Source: Candidatus Falkowbacteria bacterium (GTDB taxonomy: Bacteria > Patescibacteriota > Patescibacteriia > Patescibacteriales > GWE2-39-37). Taken from it: DNA of 64,000 bases. The DNA is taken from the NCBI GenBank assembly GCA_013336275.1, contig JAAXUA010000001.1, positions 142,167 through 206,166 on the forward strand. The letters run 5' to 3'. Each line of letters starts with the position of its first letter. Within the stretch, counting starts at the first letter, position 1. The position numbers were made by a program, and so were the translations under genes. The notes under the pieces were generated by a model. That model saw only the letters and a list, made by a program, of their open reading frames with translations, was not told the origin of the DNA and did no database searches. This document shows, piece after piece, positions 1 to 9,717 of the stretch.

Positions 1-140
1 CGGAGCAAGAGCAAACCATCCGCTTTAGGGCGGATGATGAAAAGTGGCTCGCTTGAGGGTGTCGGCAACGGCACACCCAGATAGATAATTGCCTCCCGCG
101 AAGCGGCAGACAGAATCCGGCTTACAGCTTGCCTTGGAAT
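1..140 (+). ncRNA. rnpB: RNase P RNA (bacterial type A), 3' portion only; gene begins upstream of the window
   Basis: nt ~50-135 read GCUUGAG-[hairpin GGGUGUCGGCAACGGCACACCC]-AGAUAGAUAAUUGCCUCCCGCGAAGCGGCAGACAGAAUCCGGCUUACAGC. This is colinear with the conserved 3' core of bacterial RNase P RNA (E. coli M1 ...GCUUGAGCC...CCUAGAUGAAUGACUGUCCACGACAGAACCCGGCUUAUCGG). The 3' end is approximate. Confidence 0.75.
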
Positions 141-162
141 TATTGAGTTTTAATTTCCAATT

Positions 163-1578
163 ATGAAACGATCGGAGCTGGTGTTCTCATTTTTGTTGGT
201 GCCGCTGGATTTCCTAATGATCGTCCTGGCCGGCATCTCGGCCTACAACTTGCGCTTCGCTCAGATTACCACCGAAATCCGGCCGGTAATTTTTAATTTG
301 CCTTTCGCGGAGTTCTTGCAGATCCTACTGGCCATCGCCATGGCCTGGCTGATGATTTTCGCTTTTGCCGGCCTTTACCGCATCAAGGGCACAAAGAGCT
401 TGGTTGAGGAGCTCTACAGTATCGTGCAGGCCTGTTCTACCGGTCTGGTCCTGGTGGTGATCATTCTGTTCTTCTCCCGTGAGTTATTTTCCTCTCGTTT
501 CATCGTATTGGCGGCCTGGCTCTTGGCCATATTGTATATCGTCATCGCCCGCTCGCTTATCCGCCTGATACAACGGGTGCTTTTCAGCTACGACATCGGC
601 GTGCATAAGGTCGTGGTAGTCGGCAATAGTAAGACAGCCGACATTCTGATCAACCGCTTTTCCAGCCAGAAGGCTAGCGGTTATGAGGTGATGAAGCGCC
701 TGCGCGATTTCAGCATCGAAACTTCCCAGGAACTGGAAGAGTTTCTTAAAAACAAGGAAATTGATGAGATTATCCAGGCTGACCCCAACCTTTCCAAAGC
801 TGAAATATTGCGCTTGTTTGATTTTGCTGATGAACATCATCTGACTTTCAAATACGCCGCCGATCTGCTTGATGCCAAGGTTTTGAAGACCGAGGTCGAC
901 GAGATCGCCGGCATCCCGATCGTCGAGGTCCAGCGAACTTCTCTGGAGGGCTGGGGCCGGATCATCAAGCGCTTCTTCGATATCGTCAGTTCGGTGGTCC
1001 TGATTATCTTGACCAGCCCGATCACGATTGTGACGGCAATCATCATCAAGATGGATTCGCGCGGACCGGTCTTCTTTTCCCAGCGCGATGACGGCTCGCC
1101 CGTCTTCCGTGTCGGCCAAGGCGGCAGGTTGTTCCGCTATTTCAAATTCCGCTCAATGCGTCCAGGTACCGACAGTATGCGCTATACCGACCTTGCCGAC
1201 CGCGACTTGCGCTCTGGTTCACCCCTGGTCAAGATCAAGGATGACCCGCGCGTCACTCGGATCGGCCGCTTCATTAGGCGTTACAGCATCGACGAGCTGG
1301 CTGAGCTTTTCCTGGTTTTTCGAGGAGACATGAGTCTCGTGGGACCGAGGCCGCATCTGCCGGAAGAGGTTGCCAAGTACGAGCAGTCGCACAAGAAAGT
1401 GCTGACCATCAAGCCGGGTATCACCGGCTTGGCCCAGGTCTCCGGAAGGAGCGATCTTTCATTCGAGGAAGAAGTGAAGCTCGATACCTATTATATTGAG
1501 AATTGGTCGTTACTGCTCGACCTCTCGATCTTGCTCAAGACGCCATGGGCAGTGCTCAAGAGCCGCAAGGCAGAATAA
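163..1578 (+). CDS. Polyprenyl-phosphate sugar phosphotransferase (bacterial sugar transferase, WbaP-type priming enzyme)
   Basis: 471 aa. Several N-terminal TM helices. C-terminal PRPHLPEE...KPGITGLAQVSGRSDLSFEEEVKLDTYYIENWSLLLDLSILLKT is typical of the family. Confidence 0.85.
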   Translation: MKRSELVFSFLLVPLDFLMIVLAGISAYNLRFAQITTEIRPVIFNLPFAEFLQILLAIAMAWLMIFAFAGLYRIKGTKSLVEELYSIVQACSTGLVLVVIILFFSRELFSSRFIVLAAWLLAILYIVIARSLIRLIQRVLFSYDIGVHKVVVVGNSKTADILINRFSSQKASGYEVMKRLRDFSIETSQELEEFLKNKEIDEIIQADPNLSKAEILRLFDFADEHHLTFKYAADLLDAKVLKTEVDEIAGIPIVEVQRTSLEGWGRIIKRFFDIVSSVVLIILTSPITIVTAIIIKMDSRGPVFFSQRDDGSPVFRVGQGGRLFRYFKFRSMRPGTDSMRYTDLADRDLRSGSPLVKIKDDPRVTRIGRFIRRYSIDELAELFLVFRGDMSLVGPRPHLPEEVAKYEQSHKKVLTIKPGITGLAQVSGRSDLSFEEEVKLDTYYIENWSLLLDLSILLKTPWAVLKSRKAE

Positions 1579-1608
1579 TTCGGAAATTTTAGAAACACAT
1601 AGAAACAT

Positions 1609-2727
1609 ATGCGCGTCGCCTTAGTACATGATCACTTGGCACAGGACGGAGGAGCTGAAAAAGTTCTGAAGGTTTTTACCGAACTTTTTCCGACCGCCCC
1701 TATCTACACTTTGCTTTACGAGAAGAATAATGCGGACAAGAACTTTAAGGACAAGCGGATCGAAACCTCGATCATTCAGAAGCTTCCTGGCGGAGTAAAG
1801 CATTATAAATGGTATTTGCCGTTCATGCCGATGGCGGTGGAGTTCTTTGATCTTTCCGGCTATGACTTGGTAATTTCTGACGCCAGCGCTTTCGCCAAGG
1901 GCGTCATCACTTCGACCGAGACCTTGCACATCTGCTATTGCCACACCCCAACTAGGTACCTCTGGAGCGACACGCATCAATACATCAAGGAACTCAGATA
2001 TAACAAATATCTCAAGAAAGTCATCTCCTACATGCTGAGTTCGCTCAGGCTGTGGGATCGCTTGGCGGCCGATCGCGTTGATTCGTATATCGCCAACTCT
2101 CAGTTTATCGCCCAGCGGATCAAGAAATATTATCATCGCGATTCGACCGTCATCTATCCGCCGGTCGAGACGGGCAGTTTTGACATTAGCCAGGAAGTCG
2201 GCGACTATTATCTGATTGGCGGTCGCTTGGCGCCTTATAAACGGGTGGACATAGTTATCGAGGCTTTTATGAAGACGGGGAAGAAGCTTAAGGTTTTCGG
2301 TGATGGGATCGATATGGCCCGCCTCAAGAAGATGGCCGAGGGCCATGAAAATATCGAATTCGTCGGCCGCGTCGACGACCAGGAGAAGGCGGCTTTGTAT
2401 AGCCGATGCTTGGCTTTTATCAACCCTCAGGAGGAGGACTTCGGCATCACGGCTGTCGAAGCCATGGCATCAGGCCGCCCGGTCATTGCCTTGTGCCGCG
2501 GTGGAGCCAAGGAGACCATCATCGGCCGCGAGACGGGAGAATTCTTCTATGAGCAGACTGCTTCGGCCATCGTGGCCGTCCTGAACCGTTTCGACCCGTC
2601 CAAATATGACCCGCAAATGATCAGGCAGCACGCACTGAAATTTTCAAGGGAGCGTTTCGTTCGTGAAATCAAGCAATTCATAGAGAAGGAGTACGAGAAT
2701 TTTTCGGACAAAGTCTGCAAGCTTTAA
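1609..2727 (+). CDS. Glycosyltransferase family 4 (GT-B, group 1)
   Basis: 372 aa. C-terminal EDFGITAVEAMASGRPVIA (E-x7-E motif). Sits in the glycan locus. Confidence 0.8.
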   Translation: MRVALVHDHLAQDGGAEKVLKVFTELFPTAPIYTLLYEKNNADKNFKDKRIETSIIQKLPGGVKHYKWYLPFMPMAVEFFDLSGYDLVISDASAFAKGVITSTETLHICYCHTPTRYLWSDTHQYIKELRYNKYLKKVISYMLSSLRLWDRLAADRVDSYIANSQFIAQRIKKYYHRDSTVIYPPVETGSFDISQEVGDYYLIGGRLAPYKRVDIVIEAFMKTGKKLKVFGDGIDMARLKKMAEGHENIEFVGRVDDQEKAALYSRCLAFINPQEEDFGITAVEAMASGRPVIALCRGGAKETIIGRETGEFFYEQTASAIVAVLNRFDPSKYDPQMIRQHALKFSRERFVREIKQFIEKEYENFSDKVCKL

Positions 2728-2730
2728 GAT

Positions 2731-3879
2731 ATGAAAATCGGCTTCGACATCCGACCGCTGATGGACTCGAGCTATAGCGGAGTTTCAGAGTTTACTAAAG
2801 AAATACTCTTGGGCATGCTGGCGCTCGACCAAGAAGATGATTTCCGTCTGTATTACAATTCATTCAGGCAGGTTGAGCACCGTTTCCCGGAATTCAAACA
2901 GGGGAATGTCCATGTCACCTCGACACATTATCCGAATAAGCTTTTCAACTACATATTTCAAAAGCATTTGCATTGGCCCAAGCTTGATCGTTCGGCCGAA
3001 GCAGATGTTTTTTTTGCTCCTCACATAAATTTTTATGCCCTATCCCGATCATGCCCGAGCATTCTGGTCGTGCATGACCTGTCGTTTTTGCGATATCCGC
3101 ATTTCTTTTCTTGGCGCAAAAATGTCTGGCATTCGCAACTGGCAGCCAAGAAACTGGTACATGAGTTTACGAAGGTTGTGGCTATCAGCGAGAACACTAA
3201 GACTGACTTAGTCGAACTTTGCGGGGTAAAGCCTGAAAAAATAGAGGTCATACACTCCGGAATCGCTTCGTCATATGCTCCGGTGGAACGCCGCAGCCAG
3301 GCAGTTCTTGAAGCCAGAAAAAAATACGGATTGGCTGGTAGATTCATCATGACCCTTGGAACGGTCGAGCCAAGAAAGAATATCGAGGGGCTGATCAAGG
3401 CGTTTGAAATCATGCTTGATAACAATCAGGGTTTGGGCGATCTGGAGCTTGTCATTGCCGGCGGTCGCGGCTGGAAGAGCGAGGCGATTATAAAGACGTG
3501 GCAGACTTCCAGATACCGTGACAAGATCAAGTTCATCGGTTACGTAGACAATCGTGACAAATCGTCGTTGTACAGTTCGGCCGAGCTATTCGTCTTCCCG
3601 TCTTTTTACGAAGGTTTCGGCTTTCCGCCGCTCGAAGCCATGGCTTGCGGCACCCCCGTCGTTTCCAGCTTCGCCTCAAGCCTTCCGGAGGTGCTCGGTA
3701 CGGCTGCAGCTTATGCCGACCCGTTTGATGCAGCTGATATGGCCAAGGCCATGGCGTCCGTACTGGCAGATGAAGAGGCCTCGGCTGATTTGAGAAAGAA
3801 GGGTTTGGCGCAGGCTGCAAGATTCACCTGGCCGGCCGCATCTGAAAAATATTTGAAATTGATAAGAAGCGTAAGGTGA
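2731..3879 (+). CDS. Glycosyltransferase family 4 (GT-B, group 1)
   Basis: 382 aa. Motif FPSFYEGFGFPPLEAMACGTPVVSS. Tightly coupled to the upstream GT4. Confidence 0.8.
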   Translation: MKIGFDIRPLMDSSYSGVSEFTKEILLGMLALDQEDDFRLYYNSFRQVEHRFPEFKQGNVHVTSTHYPNKLFNYIFQKHLHWPKLDRSAEADVFFAPHINFYALSRSCPSILVVHDLSFLRYPHFFSWRKNVWHSQLAAKKLVHEFTKVVAISENTKTDLVELCGVKPEKIEVIHSGIASSYAPVERRSQAVLEARKKYGLAGRFIMTLGTVEPRKNIEGLIKAFEIMLDNNQGLGDLELVIAGGRGWKSEAIIKTWQTSRYRDKIKFIGYVDNRDKSSLYSSAELFVFPSFYEGFGFPPLEAMACGTPVVSSFASSLPEVLGTAAAYADPFDAADMAKAMASVLADEEASADLRKKGLAQAARFTWPAASEKYLKLIRSVR

Positions 3880-3927
3880 ATAACCATTCCGGTTGATTTA
3901 CCCCAACGAAAATTTATTTAGGAGAAT

Positions 3928-3958
3928 AAGAAAAACGGCCGAGCAGGCCGTTTTTCTT
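3928..3958. terminator. Bidirectional intrinsic terminator
   Basis: AAGAAAAACGGCC-GAGCA-GGCCGTTTTTCTT hairpin with A-run and T-run flanks, between convergent genes. Confidence 0.7.
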
Positions 3959-4640
3959 ATCTGATGGTAGTGCCTTTGAATTTTTTTTCTTGGAGACAGA
4001 GTTTGAGGTTTTTCAAGTCCTTGCCGTCGAGAATATCAACTTCCATTCCTAGCCTTTCTGCAAGCTTGCTAGCAATCGGGTCGAAAGGAGAGTTCGAACC
4101 AGGGGACCATTTTTCAGGAAGCAGTTTGCGGAAATCTTGCCAGTTGGACATTTCGATTTTTTTGGCATCCTTGAATTTCTTCGGATCACGGTCGTAAACG
4201 TATTCGATATTGGATAAGTTGATCAGTCTTTTGGCGCCAAGCTGTTCGGCGATCAAGACGGCATCATAATCGGTCGACCAGCCTGGCTTCCAGCCAGCGG
4301 CAATCAGCACGCTTTCTTTGAAGTCGATCTTCTCGGTCGGGTCTTTGATAATTGCGGGATGGGCGGTTTGGTAGAAGATGGTGCGCATCAGATGGCTGTT
4401 GATCCGGGTGGCGTGGATGCCCAGCCAATCGATATCTTCGTCAGTCAGTTTGATTACGCTTTTGGCGGCTGACTGGTAAACCCTGGCGGTTCTGCCGCCG
4501 CCGCAGATGATAACGAAACGCTGGCCCTTGGCGGTCAGGCCGTCGATCAACCGCTTGAAGCCTTTAAGGAATGCCGTGTCTATGCCATCAGGCACGATCA
4601 GGGAGCCGCCGAGAGAAATTATGGTGATATTTTTGTCCAT
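3957..4640 (-). CDS. pyrH: Archaeal-type UMP (uridylate) kinase-like amino-acid-kinase family protein
   Basis: Start moved to internal MDKNITIISLGGS (ATG at 4640). Motifs GGSLIVP, ICGGGRTARVY, GIHATRIN, GWKPGWSTDYDAVLIAE and NIEYVYDRDP are colinear with archaeal PyrH. Confidence 0.6.
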   Translation of the reverse strand: MDKNITIISLGGSLIVPDGIDTAFLKGFKRLIDGLTAKGQRFVIICGGGRTARVYQSAAKSVIKLTDEDIDWLGIHATRINSHLMRTIFYQTAHPAIIKDPTEKIDFKESVLIAAGWKPGWSTDYDAVLIAEQLGAKRLINLSNIEYVYDRDPKKFKDAKKIEMSNWQDFRKLLPEKWSPGSNSPFDPIASKLAERLGMEVDILDGKDLKNLKLCLQEKKFKGTTIR

Positions 4641-4683
4641 AAGCAAGAAAAAAAGAGGGAGCGATGCTCCCTCGGAATAATAA

Positions 4684-5262
4684 TTATAATCTGGCGGCAA
4701 CGGCCTCCCAATCGATGACCTTCATGACTGCATCGATGTAATCAGCCCGCTTCAAGCCGTAGTCGATCATGAAGGCATGTTCGAAGACATCAATGACGAG
4801 CAATGGCTTAGCACCGGCCAGGTGGGCTTGGTCGTGCTCGTTGACCCAAGAGATAAGCAGCTGGTCGGCGGCTGGGTCGTGATAGAGGACTGCCCAGCCG
4901 ATGCCGCGCATCGAAGCGACGGAACGCAGCTCCGCTTCGAAGTTTTCCATCGAGATGAAATCGGCGGTTATTTTCTGGATCAAGGCGGAATTGAAATCAT
5001 AAGGAGCCGGCTTGTTTGTCAGATTGGCGAAGTAGAGCTCATGCAAGCGCATGCCGTTCCATTCCCAGCCCATCCTCCGGCGCAACTCGGCAGCCTGAGG
5101 CGAAGATTGTTGGCCGGCGGCGAGGAGGCTCTTGAGTTCCTCAAGTACCTTGTTGGTATTGGTGACGTAGCCTTGGTAAAGGGTAAAATGATTCGTAAGC
5201 AATTGGTCGGAAATGCCTGGTATGCCCAGAAGATTATCAAAGTTTTTTGCGGCGTAAGCCAT
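4684..5262 (-). CDS. Fe/Mn superoxide dismutase
   Basis: 192 aa. Motifs NHFTLYQGYV..., HELYF and the C-terminal DVFEHAFMIDYG...YIDAVMKVIDWEAV. Confidence 0.85.
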   Translation of the reverse strand: MAYAAKNFDNLLGIPGISDQLLTNHFTLYQGYVTNTNKVLEELKSLLAAGQQSSPQAAELRRRMGWEWNGMRLHELYFANLTNKPAPYDFNSALIQKITADFISMENFEAELRSVASMRGIGWAVLYHDPAADQLLISWVNEHDQAHLAGAKPLLVIDVFEHAFMIDYGLKRADYIDAVMKVIDWEAVAARL

Positions 5263-5284
5263 ATGTTTGATTTATGATTATTTA

Positions 5285-5755
5285 TTAGACTGGCAGTTGT
5301 CCTTGGGCATCAAGCAAGTCTTTGATCTTGTGAGCATGAAGGTTAGTTGCGTCTTCAAGCTCGGAAAAAACCTTTTTCAATTCAGGGGAATCGGTCTGAA
5401 AAACGATAAAGAATTTCTGTTCAATCATGCTATTTTCCAAGTCGCGCGATATCGAGAGCGCTTTCAAGACCGGAATATCTTCCAATCGCGCCTCTGTGAC
5501 TTTTTGGGAAAGATATTGCAAGGAAGTCGTGATGGCGGGCAGCTTGAACAGGTGCTCGTCGAAAGACAATTCACCCCGGTTAGCCCTTTTGTTGAGGGCG
5601 TGCAACCAGCGGGCATGATCTATCTCTTCCGAGGCGATATCTTGCCAAAAGGCCTGATAATAGTCGTATTTCTGGCTATAAATCTGGTAAAGTTGGCTCA
5701 AGGTCTCCTCATGGGTGGCCATGAGCTCGATAAGGCTATCTTTTTGGTTGGTCAT
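5285..5755 (-). CDS. Hypothetical helical protein, possibly ferritin/rubrerythrin-like four-helix bundle
   Basis: 156 aa. All-helical composition with E..H-type pairs (SEEIDHARWLH, LEDATNLHAHK). No search was run. Confidence 0.35.
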   Translation of the reverse strand: MTNQKDSLIELMATHEETLSQLYQIYSQKYDYYQAFWQDIASEEIDHARWLHALNKRANRGELSFDEHLFKLPAITTSLQYLSQKVTEARLEDIPVLKALSISRDLENSMIEQKFFIVFQTDSPELKKVFSELEDATNLHAHKIKDLLDAQGQLPV

Positions 5756-5823
5756 ATATTGATTTATTGGCTTAACTTGCTTAAATTATAGCATAATGCC
5801 AAGGTTAGGGCTATAATTATATT

Positions 5824-7257
5824 ATGTCACCCAACATTAAGATAAGGTTAATTTTATGGTCAGCTTTAGCCCTGGTTACGGGGTGGCTTTTGTATATGGG
5901 GGTGGTGCCAAGCGGGCGGATTACCTATAAAATCGACTTTAAAAATCCTGGGTACTTCATTCGCAAGCTCACGCCCGAGGAGCGCGTTTTGCCTCCAAGC
6001 GGCGGGGAACAGTCGATTGTCGGCGATCCGGCATATTTCGCCGTGCGCACGCCTCGAGCCTTCGCTCGAGCCAAGGTTACTGTCAAGTATAAAGCCCCGG
6101 ATGATATCAAAGTAATCGAAGCGGGGGTACTTACTGACAAAAGGGTCTGGCGCTACCAGACCAAGCCATTGGAAAATCGCAATCTGGATGAGCTGTCGGA
6201 TAGTTGGTCCTCCATACGCCAGGGGCAGACTCTGCTTTTGCAGAAGGAGAAAAAGTTCGCGAATCTCGATGATTTTTTCCGCAACCTGCCAGAGCCGCGC
6301 CGGGTGGCTGTTTATAATTTCGGCTTAGCGGCGCCCTTCAAGCTTTTCGATTATCAACCGGGCACATCGACCAATCAGTTCGCCTATCCTATACGGGGGA
6401 GTTACCAGTTTCATACCTACATTAAGGACGAGAAGTTATCTTTCCATCTCGCGATCCGTGACCTTAATCTTAATCGAGATTCGGATCCTGTCGAGCTGAA
6501 GCTTTGGCAAGGTTCAAGATTGCTGCAGAGCGTTAAGCTTCAAGATGACGGAGTCGCCGGCGATACGGGCAAAGCAGCACAGCCCCGCGAGCTCAAATTG
6601 GAGGCTTCTAGGCTGCCAGAAGCCGCTTATCGGCTTGAGCTGGCAGGGAACGATGATATCGTGACAGACAGCATCGAGACACCACAATCAAAGCTGGCTT
6701 TCATTAATAAAGTCTGGTTCGCCGAGGGCGCTAAGAAACCGATAGTCTTGGACACGGATAGCCAAGAGGTCAATGTTCAGACTTTGAATCCCTCCAAGCT
6801 CTCGACGGTGACGGTCGGCCAAAACAAATTGGCCGTAACCGAAACTTATCGGCAATACAGCGTCACGACGAAAGACAGACTGACAAGAGTAGTCTTGCCT
6901 CAAGACGATATGATCGTTTCGGGTGACGGCGTCTTTTCCTTGGTTGGCAGTTTCGTTGACCCGGGCTTTCTGAAAGTAGGCCCGAATTTCTTTCCTGGCC
7001 AGCGCGGCGTCGAATTCGTAGTAGCTGATTACACCCCGCCAAAAACGGATAAGGATGGCTGGCGGACGGCTGAAGCCGAATTCGAGCTGGGCCAGTCAGC
7101 TTACCGGGAATTTTACAAATACAGCTTCATGATATCTATACCTGGGCTGAAAGCGGAGGAGGAGCCTCAACGCAAACTGGTCTTGAAGGAAATAGCTATC
7201 GAATTCAGCGGCAGCAGCTGGTGGGGCAAATTTAAAAATATTTTTTATGAGAAATAA
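5824..7257 (+). CDS. Hypothetical membrane-anchored extracytoplasmic protein
   Basis: 477 aa. One N-terminal TM (IRLILWSALALVTGWLLYMGVV) followed by a beta-rich body. No motif recognised. Confidence 0.6.
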   Translation: MSPNIKIRLILWSALALVTGWLLYMGVVPSGRITYKIDFKNPGYFIRKLTPEERVLPPSGGEQSIVGDPAYFAVRTPRAFARAKVTVKYKAPDDIKVIEAGVLTDKRVWRYQTKPLENRNLDELSDSWSSIRQGQTLLLQKEKKFANLDDFFRNLPEPRRVAVYNFGLAAPFKLFDYQPGTSTNQFAYPIRGSYQFHTYIKDEKLSFHLAIRDLNLNRDSDPVELKLWQGSRLLQSVKLQDDGVAGDTGKAAQPRELKLEASRLPEAAYRLELAGNDDIVTDSIETPQSKLAFINKVWFAEGAKKPIVLDTDSQEVNVQTLNPSKLSTVTVGQNKLAVTETYRQYSVTTKDRLTRVVLPQDDMIVSGDGVFSLVGSFVDPGFLKVGPNFFPGQRGVEFVVADYTPPKTDKDGWRTAEAEFELGQSAYREFYKYSFMISIPGLKAEEEPQRKLVLKEIAIEFSGSSWWGKFKNIFYEK

Positions 7258-7435
7258 GGAAGTGATCATAACCGAGGCATTTTATGCTTTAACAGGTGCG
7301 CTGGCGGTTTTTACCGCGCTTGAGTTGGCCTGGCCGGGAGTTGTTTTGGCTTATATTAACATAAATGCAGTCTTGCTTTTTTGGCTGGTTTTTGGTATCC
7401 TAAAACTTAGAAAAGGCTCAGAAAAAGGGCTTTAA
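7247..7435 (+). CDS. Small two-TM membrane protein (hypothetical)
   Basis: 62 aa. Overlaps the upstream stop by 11 nt. Two hydrophobic helices. Confidence 0.4.
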   Translation: MRNKEVIITEAFYALTGALAVFTALELAWPGVVLAYININAVLLFWLVFGILKLRKGSEKGL

Positions 7436-7458
7436 TTTGTTTAATTTTAGCAATTATT

Positions 7459-7908
7459 ATGATTGAAGGAGTCGTGATCAAAACGCTGGCCCAGTACAAA
7501 GATGACCGCGGTTGGCTGGCTGAAATCTATCGCAACGACGAAACCGATTACCGCAGCGTCATGGGTTACGTCAGTTTGACTAACGAAGGCATAGTCCGTG
7601 GACCGCATGAGCACGTCTCGCAGGCCGACTGTTTTTATTTCGTCGGACCAGGCACCTTTTCTTTACACCTGTGGGATCGCCGCGAAGGCAGCCCGACCAA
7701 TGGCGAATACGTCAACGTCGAGGTGGGAGAGAACAATCCGGCCATGGCAATCGTGCCGCCTGGGGTGGTGCATGGCTATAAGTGCATCAAGGGCCCGGCG
7801 TATTCCATCAACCTGCCGGACAAGCTTTACAAGGGAGAGAATAAGCAGGAGGAAATAGACGAGATTCGCTGGGAGGAAAAGCCGGACTCGCCATACCATA
7901 TCGTTTAA
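7459..7908 (+). CDS. rfbC: dTDP-4-dehydrorhamnose 3,5-epimerase-like cupin (short form)
   Basis: 149 aa. Motifs KDDRGWLAEIYR, VRGPHEH..Q, D.REGSPTNGEY and PPGVVHGY. Lies near rfbB/rfbD/rfbA. Confidence 0.55.
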   Translation: MIEGVVIKTLAQYKDDRGWLAEIYRNDETDYRSVMGYVSLTNEGIVRGPHEHVSQADCFYFVGPGTFSLHLWDRREGSPTNGEYVNVEVGENNPAMAIVPPGVVHGYKCIKGPAYSINLPDKLYKGENKQEEIDEIRWEEKPDSPYHIV

Positions 7909-7924
7909 TAATGATTTGAAAAAT

Positions 7925-8314
7925 ATGAGCGACTGCATCTTCTGCAAAATCGTCAAAGGCGAGATCCCCTCGGCTAAAATTTATGAGGATGATAAAGTTT
8001 TCGCATTTTTGGATATTAACCCGGTTAATTATGGTCACACCTTGGTCATTCCCAAAGAACATCACCAGATGATGCAGGACGTGCCCGATGACTTATTGGC
8101 CTATTGCTATGTCCAAGCCAAAAAACTCATGATCAAGATCAAGGCGGGGCTTGAGGCCGATTACGTTTCCGTGTCCGTCGTCGGGCTCGACGTGCCGCAT
8201 TTCCATATCCACCTGATTCCTCGATTTTATGATGACGGCTTGGCCGGGTTCTGGCCGACCAAGAAATACGGCGAGGGCGAGATGCAGCAAATTCTGAGTA
8301 GGTTAGCCGAATAA
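7925..8314 (+). CDS. HIT (histidine triad) family protein
   Basis: The first ATG gives MSDCIFCKI...; histidine triad HFHIHLIP. The ORF-track start at 7916 is TTG. Confidence 0.85.
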   Translation: MSDCIFCKIVKGEIPSAKIYEDDKVFAFLDINPVNYGHTLVIPKEHHQMMQDVPDDLLAYCYVQAKKLMIKIKAGLEADYVSVSVVGLDVPHFHIHLIPRFYDDGLAGFWPTKKYGEGEMQQILSRLAE

Positions 8315-8315
8315 T

Positions 8316-8690
8316 ATGACGCTGATAGAACCGGGAATAAAGAAATTGATAGAGAACAACGCAGTGGCGTTTACGACGATCAGTCCTGACGGCTCGCCGC
8401 ATTCGATTGCCGTTGCATATTGCAAAGTTTTCGGTGACCAGGTCATCATCACTAACTCCCACATGGAAGAGTCTGTCGGAAATCTCAAGGCCGATGACCG
8501 CGTCGCTATGGCGGTTTGGAACAAGGAGTGGGAGGAGGCTTGCGTGGGCTTCGAGCTTCGAGGCACGGCTGAAAGCCAGACCGAAGGCAAGTGGTTCGAG
8601 TTCGTCAAAGAGATGCCGGACAATGAAGGTTATGACGTCAGGAGCGCCATCGTAGTCAAGGTTACTAATGTTAAAAAGTTATTATCATAA
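8316..8690 (+). CDS. Pyridoxamine 5'-phosphate oxidase-like FMN-binding split-barrel protein
   Basis: 124 aa. The pattern NNAVAFTTISPDGSPHSIAVAY...VIITNSHM...NLKADDRVAMAVW is typical of the family. Confidence 0.55.
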   Translation: MTLIEPGIKKLIENNAVAFTTISPDGSPHSIAVAYCKVFGDQVIITNSHMEESVGNLKADDRVAMAVWNKEWEEACVGFELRGTAESQTEGKWFEFVKEMPDNEGYDVRSAIVVKVTNVKKLLS

Positions 8691-8691
8691 T

Positions 8692-9672
8692 ATGAAACTA
8701 CTCGTTACCGGCGGCGCCGGCTTCATCGGTTCCAATTTCATCCGTTACTGGCTCAAGAATCATCCTGACGATTATATCGTCAATCTTGACTTGCTGACTT
8801 ATGCCGGCAACGCCGACAACCTCAAAGATATCGAGGAGAAGAACTATAATTACGAATTGGTCGAAGGTGATATCTGTGATGCAGGATTGGTGCACGATCT
8901 AGTCCAGGGCGTCAGCTTGATCGTCCACTTCGCGGCCGAGTCGCACGTCGACCGCTCGATCAGCGATTCGAGTCCGTTTGTCAGGACCAATGTCCTTGGC
9001 ACGCAAGTATTGCTTGACGCCGCCAAAAATAATGGCAATATCCGTTTCCATCACGTTTCGACCGATGAGGTTTTCGGCTCACTGGAGCTGGATGGGGACA
9101 AGTTCCGCGAGACCACGCCTTACGACCCAAGGAGCCCCTACAGCGCCTCCAAGGCGGCCTCTGACCATTTGGTGCGGGCTTATTGGCATACGCATAAGCT
9201 GCCGGTAACCATTTCCAACTGCACTAACAATTACGGCCCTTACCAATTCCCGGAAAAATTGATTCCGTTATTCGTCACCAATCTTATGGAGGGCAAAAAA
9301 GTCCCGGTTTATGGACGCGGCTCCAACATCCGTGATTGGATTTATGTCGATGACCATAATGCTGGCGTCGAGGCGATAATCGAACGCGGCAAAATCGGCG
9401 AAACCTATTGTTTGGGAGGAGAGAATGAGCTTTCAAATTTGGAAATCACTAACGATATCCTCAAGATGATGGGTGTCGGCGATGAGATGGTTGAATATGT
9501 CGAGGACCGTAAGGGTCATGACTTCCGTTATGCTATGGATATTTCTAAAGCTAAACAAGAGCTCGAGTGGTACCCGAAGATAGATTTTAAGACAGGTCTC
9601 GAGAAAACCGTGGCTTGGTACAAGGAAAATCCTGAATGGTGGCAGAAACTTAAGTCTAGGCACCACGGTTAA
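8692..9672 (+). CDS. rfbB: dTDP-glucose 4,6-dehydratase
   Basis: Start at MKLLVTGGAGFIGSNF. Also has HFAAESHVDRS, the YSASKAASDHLV catalytic YxxxK, and DFRYAMD. Confidence 0.9.
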   Translation: MKLLVTGGAGFIGSNFIRYWLKNHPDDYIVNLDLLTYAGNADNLKDIEEKNYNYELVEGDICDAGLVHDLVQGVSLIVHFAAESHVDRSISDSSPFVRTNVLGTQVLLDAAKNNGNIRFHHVSTDEVFGSLELDGDKFRETTPYDPRSPYSASKAASDHLVRAYWHTHKLPVTISNCTNNYGPYQFPEKLIPLFVTNLMEGKKVPVYGRGSNIRDWIYVDDHNAGVEAIIERGKIGETYCLGGENELSNLEITNDILKMMGVGDEMVEYVEDRKGHDFRYAMDISKAKQELEWYPKIDFKTGLEKTVAWYKENPEWWQKLKSRHHG

Positions 9673-9717
9673 GAAAATACTACTTGGCTTGACGACGACC
9701 CACAAAGTCGGAAATTT

